Assembly: GCA_947259105.1 (NCBI GenBank)
Contig: CAMYKU010000009.1
Location: 1,333-65,332 of the forward strand
DNA length: 64,000 nt
Reading direction: 5' to 3'
Source: an uncultured Alphaproteobacteria bacterium
Lineage (GTDB): Bacteria > Pseudomonadota > Alphaproteobacteria > UBA8366 > JADFVY01
This document shows positions 50,576-60,194 of this stretch, piece by piece. The stretch's first letter is position 1; each line of letters opens with the position of its first letter. The translations under genes were made by a program, and so were the position numbers. Below the pieces are notes generated by a model that searched no databases, was not told the DNA's origin, and saw nothing but the letters and a program-made list of their open reading frames with translations.

Positions 50576-51075
50576 AGACTAATACTCCGAACTCAGGGAT
50601 TTCTGGATATCAACGCACATGGTTTCGTATGCCCTCTCAGCTTCCAGCCCGGATAAATCCGTGTCACCGGCTCACACTGATTGTTGCAGTTTCACTGTTG
50701 GTGCATCGAGGGTCTCTGGTCCATCGGACTGGTCGCATCAGGTGCGGGAGGCCATTATCCGAGAGCACCGTACGGTCGCACGGTGTTGTAGCGTTTCCGC
50801 CGCTGCTTGTACATAATGAGTAAATTGGCTCGTGACTCCTGTTACGAAATGTTGAGAGCATATCGGGATTGACGAAAATCGGAACATCTGATTCTCGATG
50901 TTCTTATCGAATCCATCCCTTATGGAGGTCCATTATCGGATATTGAAATTCTCTCAACCTTCGCAAACGCATTATCGAGACGGTCCAATCGGGGAGATCG
51001 GTTCACGCGCCGACGGTGTCTGGAATGTTTTACTCTTTTTATTTTGGCTTGTGAATTCTACCGGCCAAGGATGAT

Positions 51076-51909
51076 GTGAAGTTAATCTTTTCTCCAACAA
51101 TATCGGCCATAATCTCCCATCTGAGTCAGGTTAAAAGTGGGTTGCTCCCGAAGGCCCCAGGACAATTCGGTGTTCCTGACGTTTCGTTCACAGAGGATCT
51201 CAAAGTGCCACAGCAGAATCACCAGAGTACGGTTTTTGATCACAATGCTTATGCAAGAACCAAAGATTCGACGGATTTCTGGGGGCAGATCCGGCGTACA
51301 GTCAATGGTAAACCTGTGTCAGAAGAGCAGATTATGATGATCGTAACTGCTATCCGCGAGTCCCTTCAACTTCGTCCGGTTGATGTGGTTCTCGATCTGG
51401 CTTGCGGGAATGGCGCGCTCTCTAATTTTCTATTTGAATATTGCTCTTCTTTACATGGAGTCGATTTTTCGGAGTTCCTTATTTCTGTCGCTAAAGATCA
51501 TTTCGAAAGAGAGCCGAATTTAACCTTTAAACTCAATGATATCACGACATATTTACAAACCGAAAATACTCCCGAGAGATTCACCAAGGCACTCTGTTAC
51601 GGGAGCTTTTCATATCTCACCGAAGATGATGCAATAAAAACTCTCACATCATTATGCTCCAAGTTTTATAATGTCGAGCATTTATTTATTGGAAATTTAC
51701 CAGATTTTGACCGTAAACATATTTTCTACACAAAAAATACGCCTCCGTCTGAAGAGTACAAATTAAACACTACAAGTATCGGTATATGGCGGACCAAGAA
51801 TGAGATGGCTTCCCTTGCGGAGAGCGCCGGCTGGAACGTAATGTTCTCTGAAATGCCGGAAAAGTTTTATTCTTCGGGCTATCGTTATGACGTGCTTTTA
51901 ACGAGGTAA
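51076..51909 (+). CDS. class I SAM-dependent methyltransferase
   Basis: VVLDLACGNGALS (motif I GxGxG). GTG start. Low GC. Confidence 0.7.
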   Translation: MKLIFSPTISAIISHLSQVKSGLLPKAPGQFGVPDVSFTEDLKVPQQNHQSTVFDHNAYARTKDSTDFWGQIRRTVNGKPVSEEQIMMIVTAIRESLQLRPVDVVLDLACGNGALSNFLFEYCSSLHGVDFSEFLISVAKDHFEREPNLTFKLNDITTYLQTENTPERFTKALCYGSFSYLTEDDAIKTLTSLCSKFYNVEHLFIGNLPDFDRKHIFYTKNTPPSEEYKLNTTSIGIWRTKNEMASLAESAGWNVMFSEMPEKFYSSGYRYDVLLTR

Positions 51910-51910
51910 A

Positions 51911-53134
51911 TTGGATCTCCACTCAATGACGGCAGTCCCAAAGTTAAATGTCTCAGATCTAGCCATTCTTGGCGGCCGCTCACTTTTTAGTCGGCCGCGA
52001 TCGACCTCAAACTTGGTCACGCCGTCGTTTGATTCGTTCCTCGGCTATTCAAAAGAATTCGTAGAAGAAGGACAGTATACGAATAACGGCCCACTTGTAC
52101 GTTTATTGGAGAAACGATTAGCTAAATTTCATAATGCTAAACAATGTGTTGCATTTTGTAGCGGATTTTGGGCTCTTGTTCTTGCAATTCAGTTAATAAA
52201 ACGCAAACGAAAGTCAGAACTATTGATGCCGTCGCTAACATATCGGCGAATGGCTGATGTCGCGGCATGGGCTGGTCTTATACCTCGTTTTTGCGAAGTT
52301 GAAGAAGAGAGCCTTGCGATCAGCAAAAGAACCGCGAAACCCGCCATCACGTCGGAAACAGCACTTATTATGGCCGTACACCCAATCGTCAACAGCTGTG
52401 ACGTTTTCGGTTTGGAGATGCTGTCAGCGGAGACAGGAATACCTGTTCTTTTCGATTCAGTCGAATCTGCTTTCGAAACATTGGGAGGCCGAAAAGTAGG
52501 CTGCTTCGGTGAAGCTGAGGTCTTTTCGTTACATGCGAGTAAATTGATCAACGGATGCGAAGGCGGTTACATAACAACCAACAACTATGAACTGGCGCAA
52601 CGCCTAAGGTTGCGGCGAGCTTTTGGGTTTTCTGGGCAGGATCAAGTTGTCGAAAACGATGCGATGAACGCCAAGCTAAATGAAATTCACGCGGCTATGG
52701 CTCTCGCCAGTCTTGATGATCTTGAAGACCAGGTCAAACGAAACCGGCAAACCTATCGAAAATATCAGGGTCTTTTTGCGGGCTTTCCGGGAATTCGCCT
52801 CCTCGAATTTGATGAATCAGAGAAGACGAGTTTTAAGAATATCGTGGTTGAGTTGTGCGAGGACTGGCCACTTTCGCGAAAATTGACGTTGGATATTCTC
52901 GTGGCTGAAAACGTGCTAGCTCGTGCGTACTATTCACCGCCATTGCACTTAAAACCGATGAAGTATCCGTACGTCGCTTCTCGATTGCCGCGCACCAGCG
53001 CGTTGTCTGAGAAATTCATGCTCCTTCCGTGCGGTGACATGGTTGATCTCACGGATATCGATCGCATTGTATCCTTGCTTTCATATTTGGTGACCAGTGC
53101 AAAAAGGATCGTTGAACTGTTGGGGAACAAATGA
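51911..53134 (+). CDS. DegT/DnrJ/EryC1/StrS family PLP-dependent sugar aminotransferase (copy 1)
   Basis: YTNNGP motif and PLP-lysine context FSLHASKLINGCEGG. TTG start (alternative ATG 51926). Low GC. Confidence 0.8.
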   Translation: MDLHSMTAVPKLNVSDLAILGGRSLFSRPRSTSNLVTPSFDSFLGYSKEFVEEGQYTNNGPLVRLLEKRLAKFHNAKQCVAFCSGFWALVLAIQLIKRKRKSELLMPSLTYRRMADVAAWAGLIPRFCEVEEESLAISKRTAKPAITSETALIMAVHPIVNSCDVFGLEMLSAETGIPVLFDSVESAFETLGGRKVGCFGEAEVFSLHASKLINGCEGGYITTNNYELAQRLRLRRAFGFSGQDQVVENDAMNAKLNEIHAAMALASLDDLEDQVKRNRQTYRKYQGLFAGFPGIRLLEFDESEKTSFKNIVVELCEDWPLSRKLTLDILVAENVLARAYYSPPLHLKPMKYPYVASRLPRTSALSEKFMLLPCGDMVDLTDIDRIVSLLSYLVTSAKRIVELLGNK

Positions 53135-53141
53135 ACCGGTT

Positions 53142-54332
53142 ATGAAAACGAAACGAAAGCTCGCCATTTTCGGTGGTAATCAGATGTTTTCCAATCCTTT
53201 ACCGGTTGGTCAACTTTATTTTCCGGATTTTCCTCGATATGAAGCCGCCATGAAAGCGATGTTCGACCGCAAGTATTACACGAACCAAGGGCCAATGTGC
53301 TCAAAACTTGAGAATGAAATTGAAGATTTCCTTGGAGTTAGCAATGCAATTTGTGTAACGAACGCCACAATTGGTTTGATGATGGCGGCGGAAGCGCTCC
53401 AATTGTCTGGTAAAGTGCTCGTACCAAGTTTCACATTCATCGCGTCGGCTCAAAGTCTCAGTTTGTGCGGTTTGAGGCCTGTATTCTGCGATGTGGATTC
53501 GCGCACCCATCAAATCACGACCGATACCCTGGACGCGGCTTGGGAGGACGATATTTCAGCTGTATTGGCCGTAAATCTCTGGGGAGGCGCGTGTGACGTC
53601 AGAGCCATTTCTCATTGGGCGAATGTCCGGTCAATTCCACTTTATTTCGATTCCGCGCAGGCATTCGGATGCGAAGTAGAAAACCATAAAGTCGGAAATT
53701 TCGGCCATGTTGAAGTTTTCTCGTTTCATGCGACAAAGATCGTAAGCGCGTCCGAGGGTGGGTGCATATGCACTAACGACGACGAACTTGCCGCACGATT
53801 GAGGAATATCCGTAGTAGTTACGGTGCCGGCCAACCGATTTCTGTTGTGAAAACGGCCAATGGTCGGATGTCGGAGGCCCAAGCCACCATTGCAAGCCTT
53901 AGTCTCGAGGATTTCCCGATCAATCAAGAAAGGAACGCTGTCTTACATTCGGCCTATGTTTCTGGATCGAGTGAAATTGATGGTATGAAGATCATTTCTC
54001 CTCCAGGAGTATCGAGGTCGAATTTTCAATCAGCCGTGGCCGAAATTGATAAGCAAAAGTTCGGTCTGTCACGGGATCTGCTTCTTCGGGCTTTGCAAGC
54101 GGAGAATATTATAGCGCGCCGATATTTTTTTCCCGGCGTACACCGCTCTCGGCCATTTCTTGACCAGTCGGACCGACCGCCCGATCTTCCGAACACGGAT
54201 GCACTGAATTCGCGCTGTCTTCAACTTCCGCTTGGCGCCAGAGTGAACGTGGATACAGTCAGAAATATTTGTGAACTGATAGGAGAAATCGGGAATATGT
54301 CCCCCGCGATCCGGAGACGTTATGAAAGATAG
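53142..54332 (+). CDS. DegT/DnrJ/EryC1/StrS family PLP-dependent sugar aminotransferase (copy 2)
   Basis: YTNQGP motif and FSFHATKIVSASEGG. Alignable by eye with copy 1 along its whole length. Starts 7 nt after the copy 1 stop. Confidence 0.8.
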   Translation: MKTKRKLAIFGGNQMFSNPLPVGQLYFPDFPRYEAAMKAMFDRKYYTNQGPMCSKLENEIEDFLGVSNAICVTNATIGLMMAAEALQLSGKVLVPSFTFIASAQSLSLCGLRPVFCDVDSRTHQITTDTLDAAWEDDISAVLAVNLWGGACDVRAISHWANVRSIPLYFDSAQAFGCEVENHKVGNFGHVEVFSFHATKIVSASEGGCICTNDDELAARLRNIRSSYGAGQPISVVKTANGRMSEAQATIASLSLEDFPINQERNAVLHSAYVSGSSEIDGMKIISPPGVSRSNFQSAVAEIDKQKFGLSRDLLLRALQAENIIARRYFFPGVHRSRPFLDQSDRPPDLPNTDALNSRCLQLPLGARVNVDTVRNICELIGEIGNMSPAIRRRYER

Positions 54333-55032
54333 TCTTCGACTAGGGATCATGCAGCCCTATTTCTTCCCGTATCTGGAGTATTTTCGACTCATTGCTTCCT
54401 GCGACATGTGGATTAGTTTTGATACTGTAAAATTCAATCGAAAATCATGGATGAATAGAAATAGAATTATCAATTGCGATTTGGGTTGGTCGTATATTAA
54501 CGTGCCGGTTTCACGGACAAAGGGGGAGAATACAATAGCGACTGCACCAATTAACGAAGAGAGTGATTGGCGTGGTGTGCTTTTCGACAAACTCCGGGTT
54601 TACGAGTTTACGGCGCCACATTACGTGGAGACCAAGGGCTTGCTGAAAAGCATGCTTGACTACAAATTCCCGACCCTGTCGGAACTCAATACTTACACTA
54701 TTCGTCGTTTGTGCGAATGGCTGCTGATTGACACCCGCATAGAGCGCCTCAAGGAAATGAACCTCGATCTGCCGGACAGTTGCCCGCCGGGACAGTGGGC
54801 TTTGCGAATTGCGCAAGCGGTGGGCGCTGATTCATACCTCAACGCTTCGGGGGGCGCCGAGATTTTCGATCCGAACCTCTATCGTTCTGAGGGCGTATCG
54901 TTGAGCTTCCACAAGCACATTAATTTGGCCTATGACACCGGCCCGTTCGACTTCGTGCCTGATCTCTCCATCATTGACGCAATGATGTGGATCGGGCGCG
55001 ACAAGCTCCGAGAAATTGTGCATGGGGATTAA
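54322..55032 (+). CDS. WbqC family protein (function unknown)
   Basis: LGIMQPYFFPYLEYFRLI N-terminal signature of the WbqC-like family. Overlaps the DegT copy 2 stop by 11 nt. Confidence 0.75.
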   Translation: MKDSLRLGIMQPYFFPYLEYFRLIASCDMWISFDTVKFNRKSWMNRNRIINCDLGWSYINVPVSRTKGENTIATAPINEESDWRGVLFDKLRVYEFTAPHYVETKGLLKSMLDYKFPTLSELNTYTIRRLCEWLLIDTRIERLKEMNLDLPDSCPPGQWALRIAQAVGADSYLNASGGAEIFDPNLYRSEGVSLSFHKHINLAYDTGPFDFVPDLSIIDAMMWIGRDKLREIVHGD

Positions 55033-55169
55033 TTCAGATTCTAGAGAGGGTAAAGGGCCGGATGAGCCAATTCCTTGCCAAATTTCCTGAAGACCGCGTT
55101 GGCGCGAATCAATGCGCCCGGCTGCCGGGTCAATACCGTCTCAGATCACGCCGACGTTTCCGGTAAAGG

Positions 55170-56306
55170 TCAGCGCAGGCAACCAATCGATTCGGATGCG
55201 GCGCGGCTTTCCGCAGCGATCACCGCTGCTTCCTCTTCCGAAAAATCCGGCCGGTAATATCCCGGCGGCTTCAGTTTGCTCGCATAGTCAGCGATTATCT
55301 CTTCGTCCTCCTCCAGCCCGCAATGCTCCATCATGCGGCGCATCGTTTCCTCCGGCCGATCGCATAAATCTTCATAGCGCAGGATCATGGTGGCTTCGCG
55401 CAGGGCCGGATCCTGCTCCAGCACATATGCCACGCTTCCATAGACCATCGCCCAGTAACGCGCCCAGCCCCGGACGTCCTCTCCCGTTTCCCACAGCGCC
55501 TGGATCGCGCGGACCTTCTCGTCGTCGCCGGTATTGATCGGCCGCAGGTCGAGGCCGAACTCGAAGTGGCCGACGCGGCGCATGTAGTCGACGGCCCGCT
55601 TGTTGCCGCGCTCGCCCGCGCAGAACAGCCGGTGCTGTTTCATCAGCGAGGCGATGTGCCAGACCGGGTCGCGCACGGGGATGACGAAGCGCGCGTCGGG
55701 GAACAGCTTGTGCAGGTATCCGATGCGCGTGACGTTGTAGTTGCCCTTCGAGAGATATCGCCGTCTGCCCCGTGCGGCCAGGAGCTTGCGGATATGGTCG
55801 CGATAGAATTTCTCGAACCCCGGGTTTTCGGTGTCCCGGTCCAGCACGTTCGACCGGGCCGGGTCATGGACGTCCGCGAAGAACGCCATCCAGATCGCCT
55901 CTTCGCGCGCTTCGGGGCTGTCGGCGGTGATCATGATGCCGTCCCTGTGGGCGCGCTCCGCCGCCACCAGGGGGCCGCGGCGGCTTCTCTCGACGAACCA
56001 GTTCCACCACCAGGGTGTGAAGACCGGCGGGAAATCGCGATAGAGGTGCGTCGCGACGTCGCTGTGCGAAGCGAGGATCTCCAGCGCAATCGTCGTGCCG
56101 GCGCGCGCCAGGCCGGCAACGTAGATCGGCGCCTTTATCGAAACGGACTCGATTTCCTCGGCCAGCACCCGCGTCTCGAGGTTGCCGAGGCCGATCCAGA
56201 AGCCGGGAAACCGCTCGATCAGGCCGCCGAGGACGTGATCGAACCGGGAAACCTGAAACGCCCCGCCGGCATCCTCGTTGGTCGCCATGATTCGCCCTGC
56301 CGCCAT
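55170..56306 (-). CDS. PAPS-dependent sulfotransferase family protein
   Basis: 5'-PSB-like loop GLARAGTT and 3'-PB-like VIPVRDPVWHIAS. High GC. The start could be Met7 (56288). Confidence 0.7.
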   Translation of the reverse strand: MAAGRIMATNEDAGGAFQVSRFDHVLGGLIERFPGFWIGLGNLETRVLAEEIESVSIKAPIYVAGLARAGTTIALEILASHSDVATHLYRDFPPVFTPWWWNWFVERSRRGPLVAAERAHRDGIMITADSPEAREEAIWMAFFADVHDPARSNVLDRDTENPGFEKFYRDHIRKLLAARGRRRYLSKGNYNVTRIGYLHKLFPDARFVIPVRDPVWHIASLMKQHRLFCAGERGNKRAVDYMRRVGHFEFGLDLRPINTGDDEKVRAIQALWETGEDVRGWARYWAMVYGSVAYVLEQDPALREATMILRYEDLCDRPEETMRRMMEHCGLEEDEEIIADYASKLKPPGYYRPDFSEEEAAVIAAESRAASESIGCLR

Positions 56307-56312
56307 ATTCGT

Positions 56313-57080
56313 TCAGCGGATCCGGAACAGGATCTTCACTGCAACGGAGGCAGCGAGGACCGCCAGAATAAACAGCGCTTCCCAGCCCCGCATCCAGTCC
56401 GGCCCGAAGGGCAGGAAGATCCTGGTCTGCAATTCGACCCCGATCAGGTCGGCGGGCGCGTCCTCCGGCAGCGATCCGAGCGGGTTGGCGAAGAACATGT
56501 TCCACCAGACGCGCTTGTGGATCACCGGTACGGGCTGCGCCAGCGGCAGCGTCAGCATCCTCCGCCCGGATGAATCGGTCAGGCTGAACGCCTGATCCGG
56601 TTCCGGCCAGGCCAGTGTCCACCCGCCCTCGCCGTCGACCCGAATCCCGTCCGGCCATGCCAGCGCGTGGCCGGCGGGCTCTGCGTACACCCGAACCTGT
56701 TCGCCCGCCGCCGGGAGTTCATAGCCGTAATGTCCCGCCATCCAGCCCATCAGGACGAGGACCGGCAGGGACCCCACAATCGCCGGTCCGAGGGCCAGCC
56801 CGAGGTGCCGGAACGATGTCGAGAGGGAGCGGCCCATGACCGGCCAGACGCCTTTGAGGGGGCCGTCATAGGCGGCAAGCGCCTTGCGCGCCTCGGCCAC
56901 GTCCAGTTTCGCCTGTTGCAGTTTCCCCTGAGGAGAAGCAAGCCAGTAGAGCCCCATCGAGGCCGCCCCGGCAAGCACGGCCCAAAGGACGAGGCGGGCG
57001 TGCTCCGGCAGCATATGTGCCAGCGTCGCGTCCGCCCAGGTCAGAAGCGGCGCCGGAATATCGAAGATACCGGTTTCCAT
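56313..57080 (-). CDS. hypothetical integral membrane protein (255 aa, about 3 TM)
   Basis: G/C-rich third positions. Hydrophobic segments LVLWAVLAGAASMGLYWLA, LGPAIVGSLPVLVLMGWMAG and ALFILAVLAASVAVKILF. Lies 6 nt upstream of the sulfotransferase start. Confidence 0.55.
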   Translation of the reverse strand: METGIFDIPAPLLTWADATLAHMLPEHARLVLWAVLAGAASMGLYWLASPQGKLQQAKLDVAEARKALAAYDGPLKGVWPVMGRSLSTSFRHLGLALGPAIVGSLPVLVLMGWMAGHYGYELPAAGEQVRVYAEPAGHALAWPDGIRVDGEGGWTLAWPEPDQAFSLTDSSGRRMLTLPLAQPVPVIHKRVWWNMFFANPLGSLPEDAPADLIGVELQTRIFLPFGPDWMRGWEALFILAVLAASVAVKILFRIR

Positions 57081-57098
57081 CGGCGGCGCCGGCCAGCC

Positions 57099-57371
57099 CT
57101 ATTCGGCGGCGCCGGGTGACGTCGATTCCTCGCTGTCCTCCGCGGAAACGACGCTGTCCGCGGCGCTCTTCCCGGTGCCTCTGATCTTCTTGTACAGAAG
57201 GCGCAACGGCCAGAACAGAACGATCGCGACCGCGGTCGCGATCGCGGCCAACACCGCCAGAAGGGAGCCGGCAAGGCTTGCACCGGCGCCCGGTCCGATA
57301 TAGGCCTGCGCTGCGACGGGCAGCAACACGACGCAGGCGGCACCGGTAAGCGCTATGACACGAGTGATCAT
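57099..57371 (-). CDS. hypothetical small membrane protein (90 aa)
   Basis: Internal Met of ORF 57099..57533. MITRVIALTGAACVVLLPVAAQAYIGPGAGASLAGSLLAVLAAIATAVAIVLFW, then an acidic tail. The start is uncertain (57410 is possible). Confidence 0.45.
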   Translation of the reverse strand: MITRVIALTGAACVVLLPVAAQAYIGPGAGASLAGSLLAVLAAIATAVAIVLFWPLRLLYKKIRGTGKSAADSVVSAEDSEESTSPGAAE

Positions 57372-57676
57372 GACGGTATGTCCGTTCTCCAATGTCCCAG
57401 ACCGCGGCATCCCGCCGGGGCCTCCGGGCGGCGCGGAAAATAGCGCGAATCCACCGCATGACGGTGGAATCGTCGTCAGCAGAGTTTCACGTCTGCGTAA
57501 AAAAACCTTTAAGTTTGCAGCAGGTGCGGCCAATTTGGCGGCGCCGCGCGTTCCGATGGGCCGACACGGGTTGGCGCCATGTTAATGTATGGCAGGTATT
57601 GCACGATCGGTGATATGCAGGTCCCGCCTCTCCCGGTCCGGGCAGACTTCGGGAACAGTGACGAAAGGTCGATGGG

Positions 57677-58744
57677 GTGTCGATTCTGGTAACGGGTGGT
57701 GCGGGTTTCATCGGCTCGGCGGTGGTTCGGCAAGCGATCGGCGGGGCCGGCGAGACTGTCATCGATGTCGACAGCCTGACCTATGCGGGAAATCTCGACT
57801 CGCTCGGGCCCGCGCGAAACGATGCGCGCCATGTCTTCGAGCAGGTGGACATACGTAATGCGGCGGAACTGGCCCGCGTGTTTGCGCAGCACAGGCCGCG
57901 GGCGGTGATGCATCTGGCGGCGGAATCCCATGTCGACCGGTCGATCGACGGGCCTGCAGACTTCATTCAGACCAATATCGTCGGCACCTATACGCTGCTG
58001 GAGGCCGCGCGGGCCTACCTGGAAACGCTCGATGAAGGGGATCGCCAGGCGTTCCGCTTCCATCACGTCTCGACCGACGAGGTCTACGGGACATTGGGCG
58101 CGGAAGGGCTGTTTACCGAACAAACGCCCTACCAGCCGAACTCCCCTTATTCGGCCAGCAAGGCGTCGTCCGATCATCTGGTTCGTGCCTGGGGCGAAAC
58201 CTTCGGGCTGCCTGTTCTGGTCACCAACTGTTCGAACAACTATGGACCGTATCAGTTTCCGGAAAAGCTGATCCCGGTGCTGATCCTCAAGGCGCTGAAG
58301 GGGGAACCGATACCGATCTATGGCAGGGGCGAGAATGTGCGCGACTGGCTCTATGTAGAGGACCACGCGGCCGCGCTGCGACTCGTGCTGGAGAAGGGCA
58401 GGGTGGGTGAGACCTACAATATCGGTGGTTCGGCGGAGCGTCGGAACATAGACGTGGCGCGGGCCGTGTGCGCGATACTGGACGAATTGCTGCCGGAATC
58501 GCCGCACCGTCCGCACGAAAAACTCATCACCTTCGTCGCCGACAGGCCGGGGCATGACCTGCGTTACGCGATCGACAGCTCGAAGATCGAGAAACAACTG
58601 GGCTGGGCGCCGCAGGAGAGTTTCGAGACCGGGCTGAAGCGGACAGTTGCCTGGTATCTCGAGAATCGCGACTGGTGGGAACGCATCCTGTCGGGCGCAT
58701 ACCGGGTCGAACGGCTGGGACTGGGCCGGGGGGGGGCGGCATGA
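57677..58744 (+). CDS. rfbB: dTDP-glucose 4,6-dehydratase
   Basis: [12 protein letters not shown] and [10 protein letters not shown]. 355 aa. GTG start. Confidence 0.9.
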   Translation: MSILVTGGAGFIGSAVVRQAIGGAGETVIDVDSLTYAGNLDSLGPARNDARHVFEQVDIRNAAELARVFAQHRPRAVMHLAAESHVDRSIDGPADFIQTNIVGTYTLLEAARAYLETLDEGDRQAFRFHHVSTDEVYGTLGAEGLFTEQTPYQPNSPYSASKASSDHLVRAWGETFGLPVLVTNCSNNYGPYQFPEKLIPVLILKALKGEPIPIYGRGENVRDWLYVEDHAAALRLVLEKGRVGETYNIGGSAERRNIDVARAVCAILDELLPESPHRPHEKLITFVADRPGHDLRYAIDSSKIEKQLGWAPQESFETGLKRTVAWYLENRDWWERILSGAYRVERLGLGRGGAA

Positions 58745-59634
58745 GCGCGCAAATGGTGAAAAAGGGCATCGTTCTGGCCGGCGGCTCCGGCACCCGGCTC
58801 TATCCGATCACCAGGTCGGTCAGCAAGCAGCTGCTTCCGGTCTACGACAAACCGATGATCTACTATCCGCTCTCGGTGCTCCTGCTCGCCGGCATCCGGG
58901 AGATCCTCGTTATCACGACGCCGGAGGATTTGGACGCGTTTCAGCGGCTTCTCGGCGATGGATCGCAGTGGGGTATCGAATTTTCCTACGCGATCCAGCC
59001 CAGGCCCGAAGGTCTCGCCCAGGCGTTCATCATCGGGCGCGATTTCGTCGGCGCGGACCCGGTCTGCCTCGTGCTCGGCGACAACATCTTCTATGGTGAG
59101 GGCCTCGCCAAACGTCTTCAGGGGGCAGCGTCCCGGCGTGATGGGGCGACCGTGTTCGCCTACTGGGTACGCGATCCCGAACGCTATGGCGTCGTCGCGT
59201 TCGACAGGGACGGCCGGGCCACGAGCATCGAGGAGAAGCCGTCGCAGCCGAGGTCGAACTTCGCGGTGACCGGCCTTTATTTCTACGATTCGGACGTCGT
59301 GGATATTGCCGCGAATCTGACGCCGTCGCCGCGCGGCGAGCTCGAGATTACCGACGTCAACCGCGCCTATCTGGAGCGCGGTGACCTCAGGGTCGAGATG
59401 CTGGGCCGCGGCGCCGCCTGGCTGGATACCGGCACCCATGAATCGCTGCTCCAGGCGGCCCAGTTCGTCGAGGTGGTAGAGGCGCGCCAGGGCCTGAAAA
59501 TCTCCTGCGTCGAGGAAATCGCCTGGCGGATGGGTTTCATCGACACCGCGGCCCTGCGTGCCCTTGCGGAACCGCTGGCCCGGAACGGCTATGGGCAGTA
59601 TCTGCTGGACCTCCTGAAGCGGGAGGCGGGATGA
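58741..59634 (+). CDS. rfbA: glucose-1-phosphate thymidylyltransferase
   Basis: [17 protein letters not shown]...[20 protein letters not shown] overlap with rfbB. Confidence 0.9.
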   Translation: MSAQMVKKGIVLAGGSGTRLYPITRSVSKQLLPVYDKPMIYYPLSVLLLAGIREILVITTPEDLDAFQRLLGDGSQWGIEFSYAIQPRPEGLAQAFIIGRDFVGADPVCLVLGDNIFYGEGLAKRLQGAASRRDGATVFAYWVRDPERYGVVAFDRDGRATSIEEKPSQPRSNFAVTGLYFYDSDVVDIAANLTPSPRGELEITDVNRAYLERGDLRVEMLGRGAAWLDTGTHESLLQAAQFVEVVEARQGLKISCVEEIAWRMGFIDTAALRALAEPLARNGYGQYLLDLLKREAG

Positions 59635-60194
59635 AGGTCGTCGAAACGGAGCTTCCAGGCGTTCTGATCGTCGAGCCGGACCGGTTTGGCGACGACCGTG
59701 GTTTCTTTCAGGAGATTTGGCATGCCCGCCGCTACGCTGGCGCCGGAATTCCCGGCGACTTCGTGCAGGACAACCTGTCGCTGTCGGGCCATGGCGTGCT
59801 TCGCGGGCTGCATTTCCAGAACCCGAACGGGCAGGGGAAGCTGGTCTACGTTCTTCAGGGCGAAGTCTTCGACGTGGCCGTGGACATCCGCGACGGGTCC
59901 CCCGGTTTCGGCGCATGGACGGGTGCGACCCTCTCGGCGGACAACGGGCGCCAGCTCTATATCCCGGCCGGCTTCGCGCACGGGTTCTGCGTCACCGGCG
60001 AGACGGCGCTTTTCGCTTACAAATGCACCGACTTCTTCGACCGTGAATCGGAAGGCACGATCCGCTGGGACGACCCCCGGATCGGGATCGACTGGCCGAT
60101 CTCCGACCCCCTGGTATCCGGCAAGGATGCCGCTGCCCCGCTTCTGTCGGCCATAGACCGGGCACAGCTGCCGCGTTACGAGGGCGGCCGATGA
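59631..60194 (+). CDS. rfbC: dTDP-4-dehydrorhamnose 3,5-epimerase
   Basis: DDRGFFQE...LRGLHFQ cupin motifs. ATGA overlap with rfbA. Confidence 0.9.
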   Translation: MKVVETELPGVLIVEPDRFGDDRGFFQEIWHARRYAGAGIPGDFVQDNLSLSGHGVLRGLHFQNPNGQGKLVYVLQGEVFDVAVDIRDGSPGFGAWTGATLSADNGRQLYIPAGFAHGFCVTGETALFAYKCTDFFDRESEGTIRWDDPRIGIDWPISDPLVSGKDAAAPLLSAIDRAQLPRYEGGR

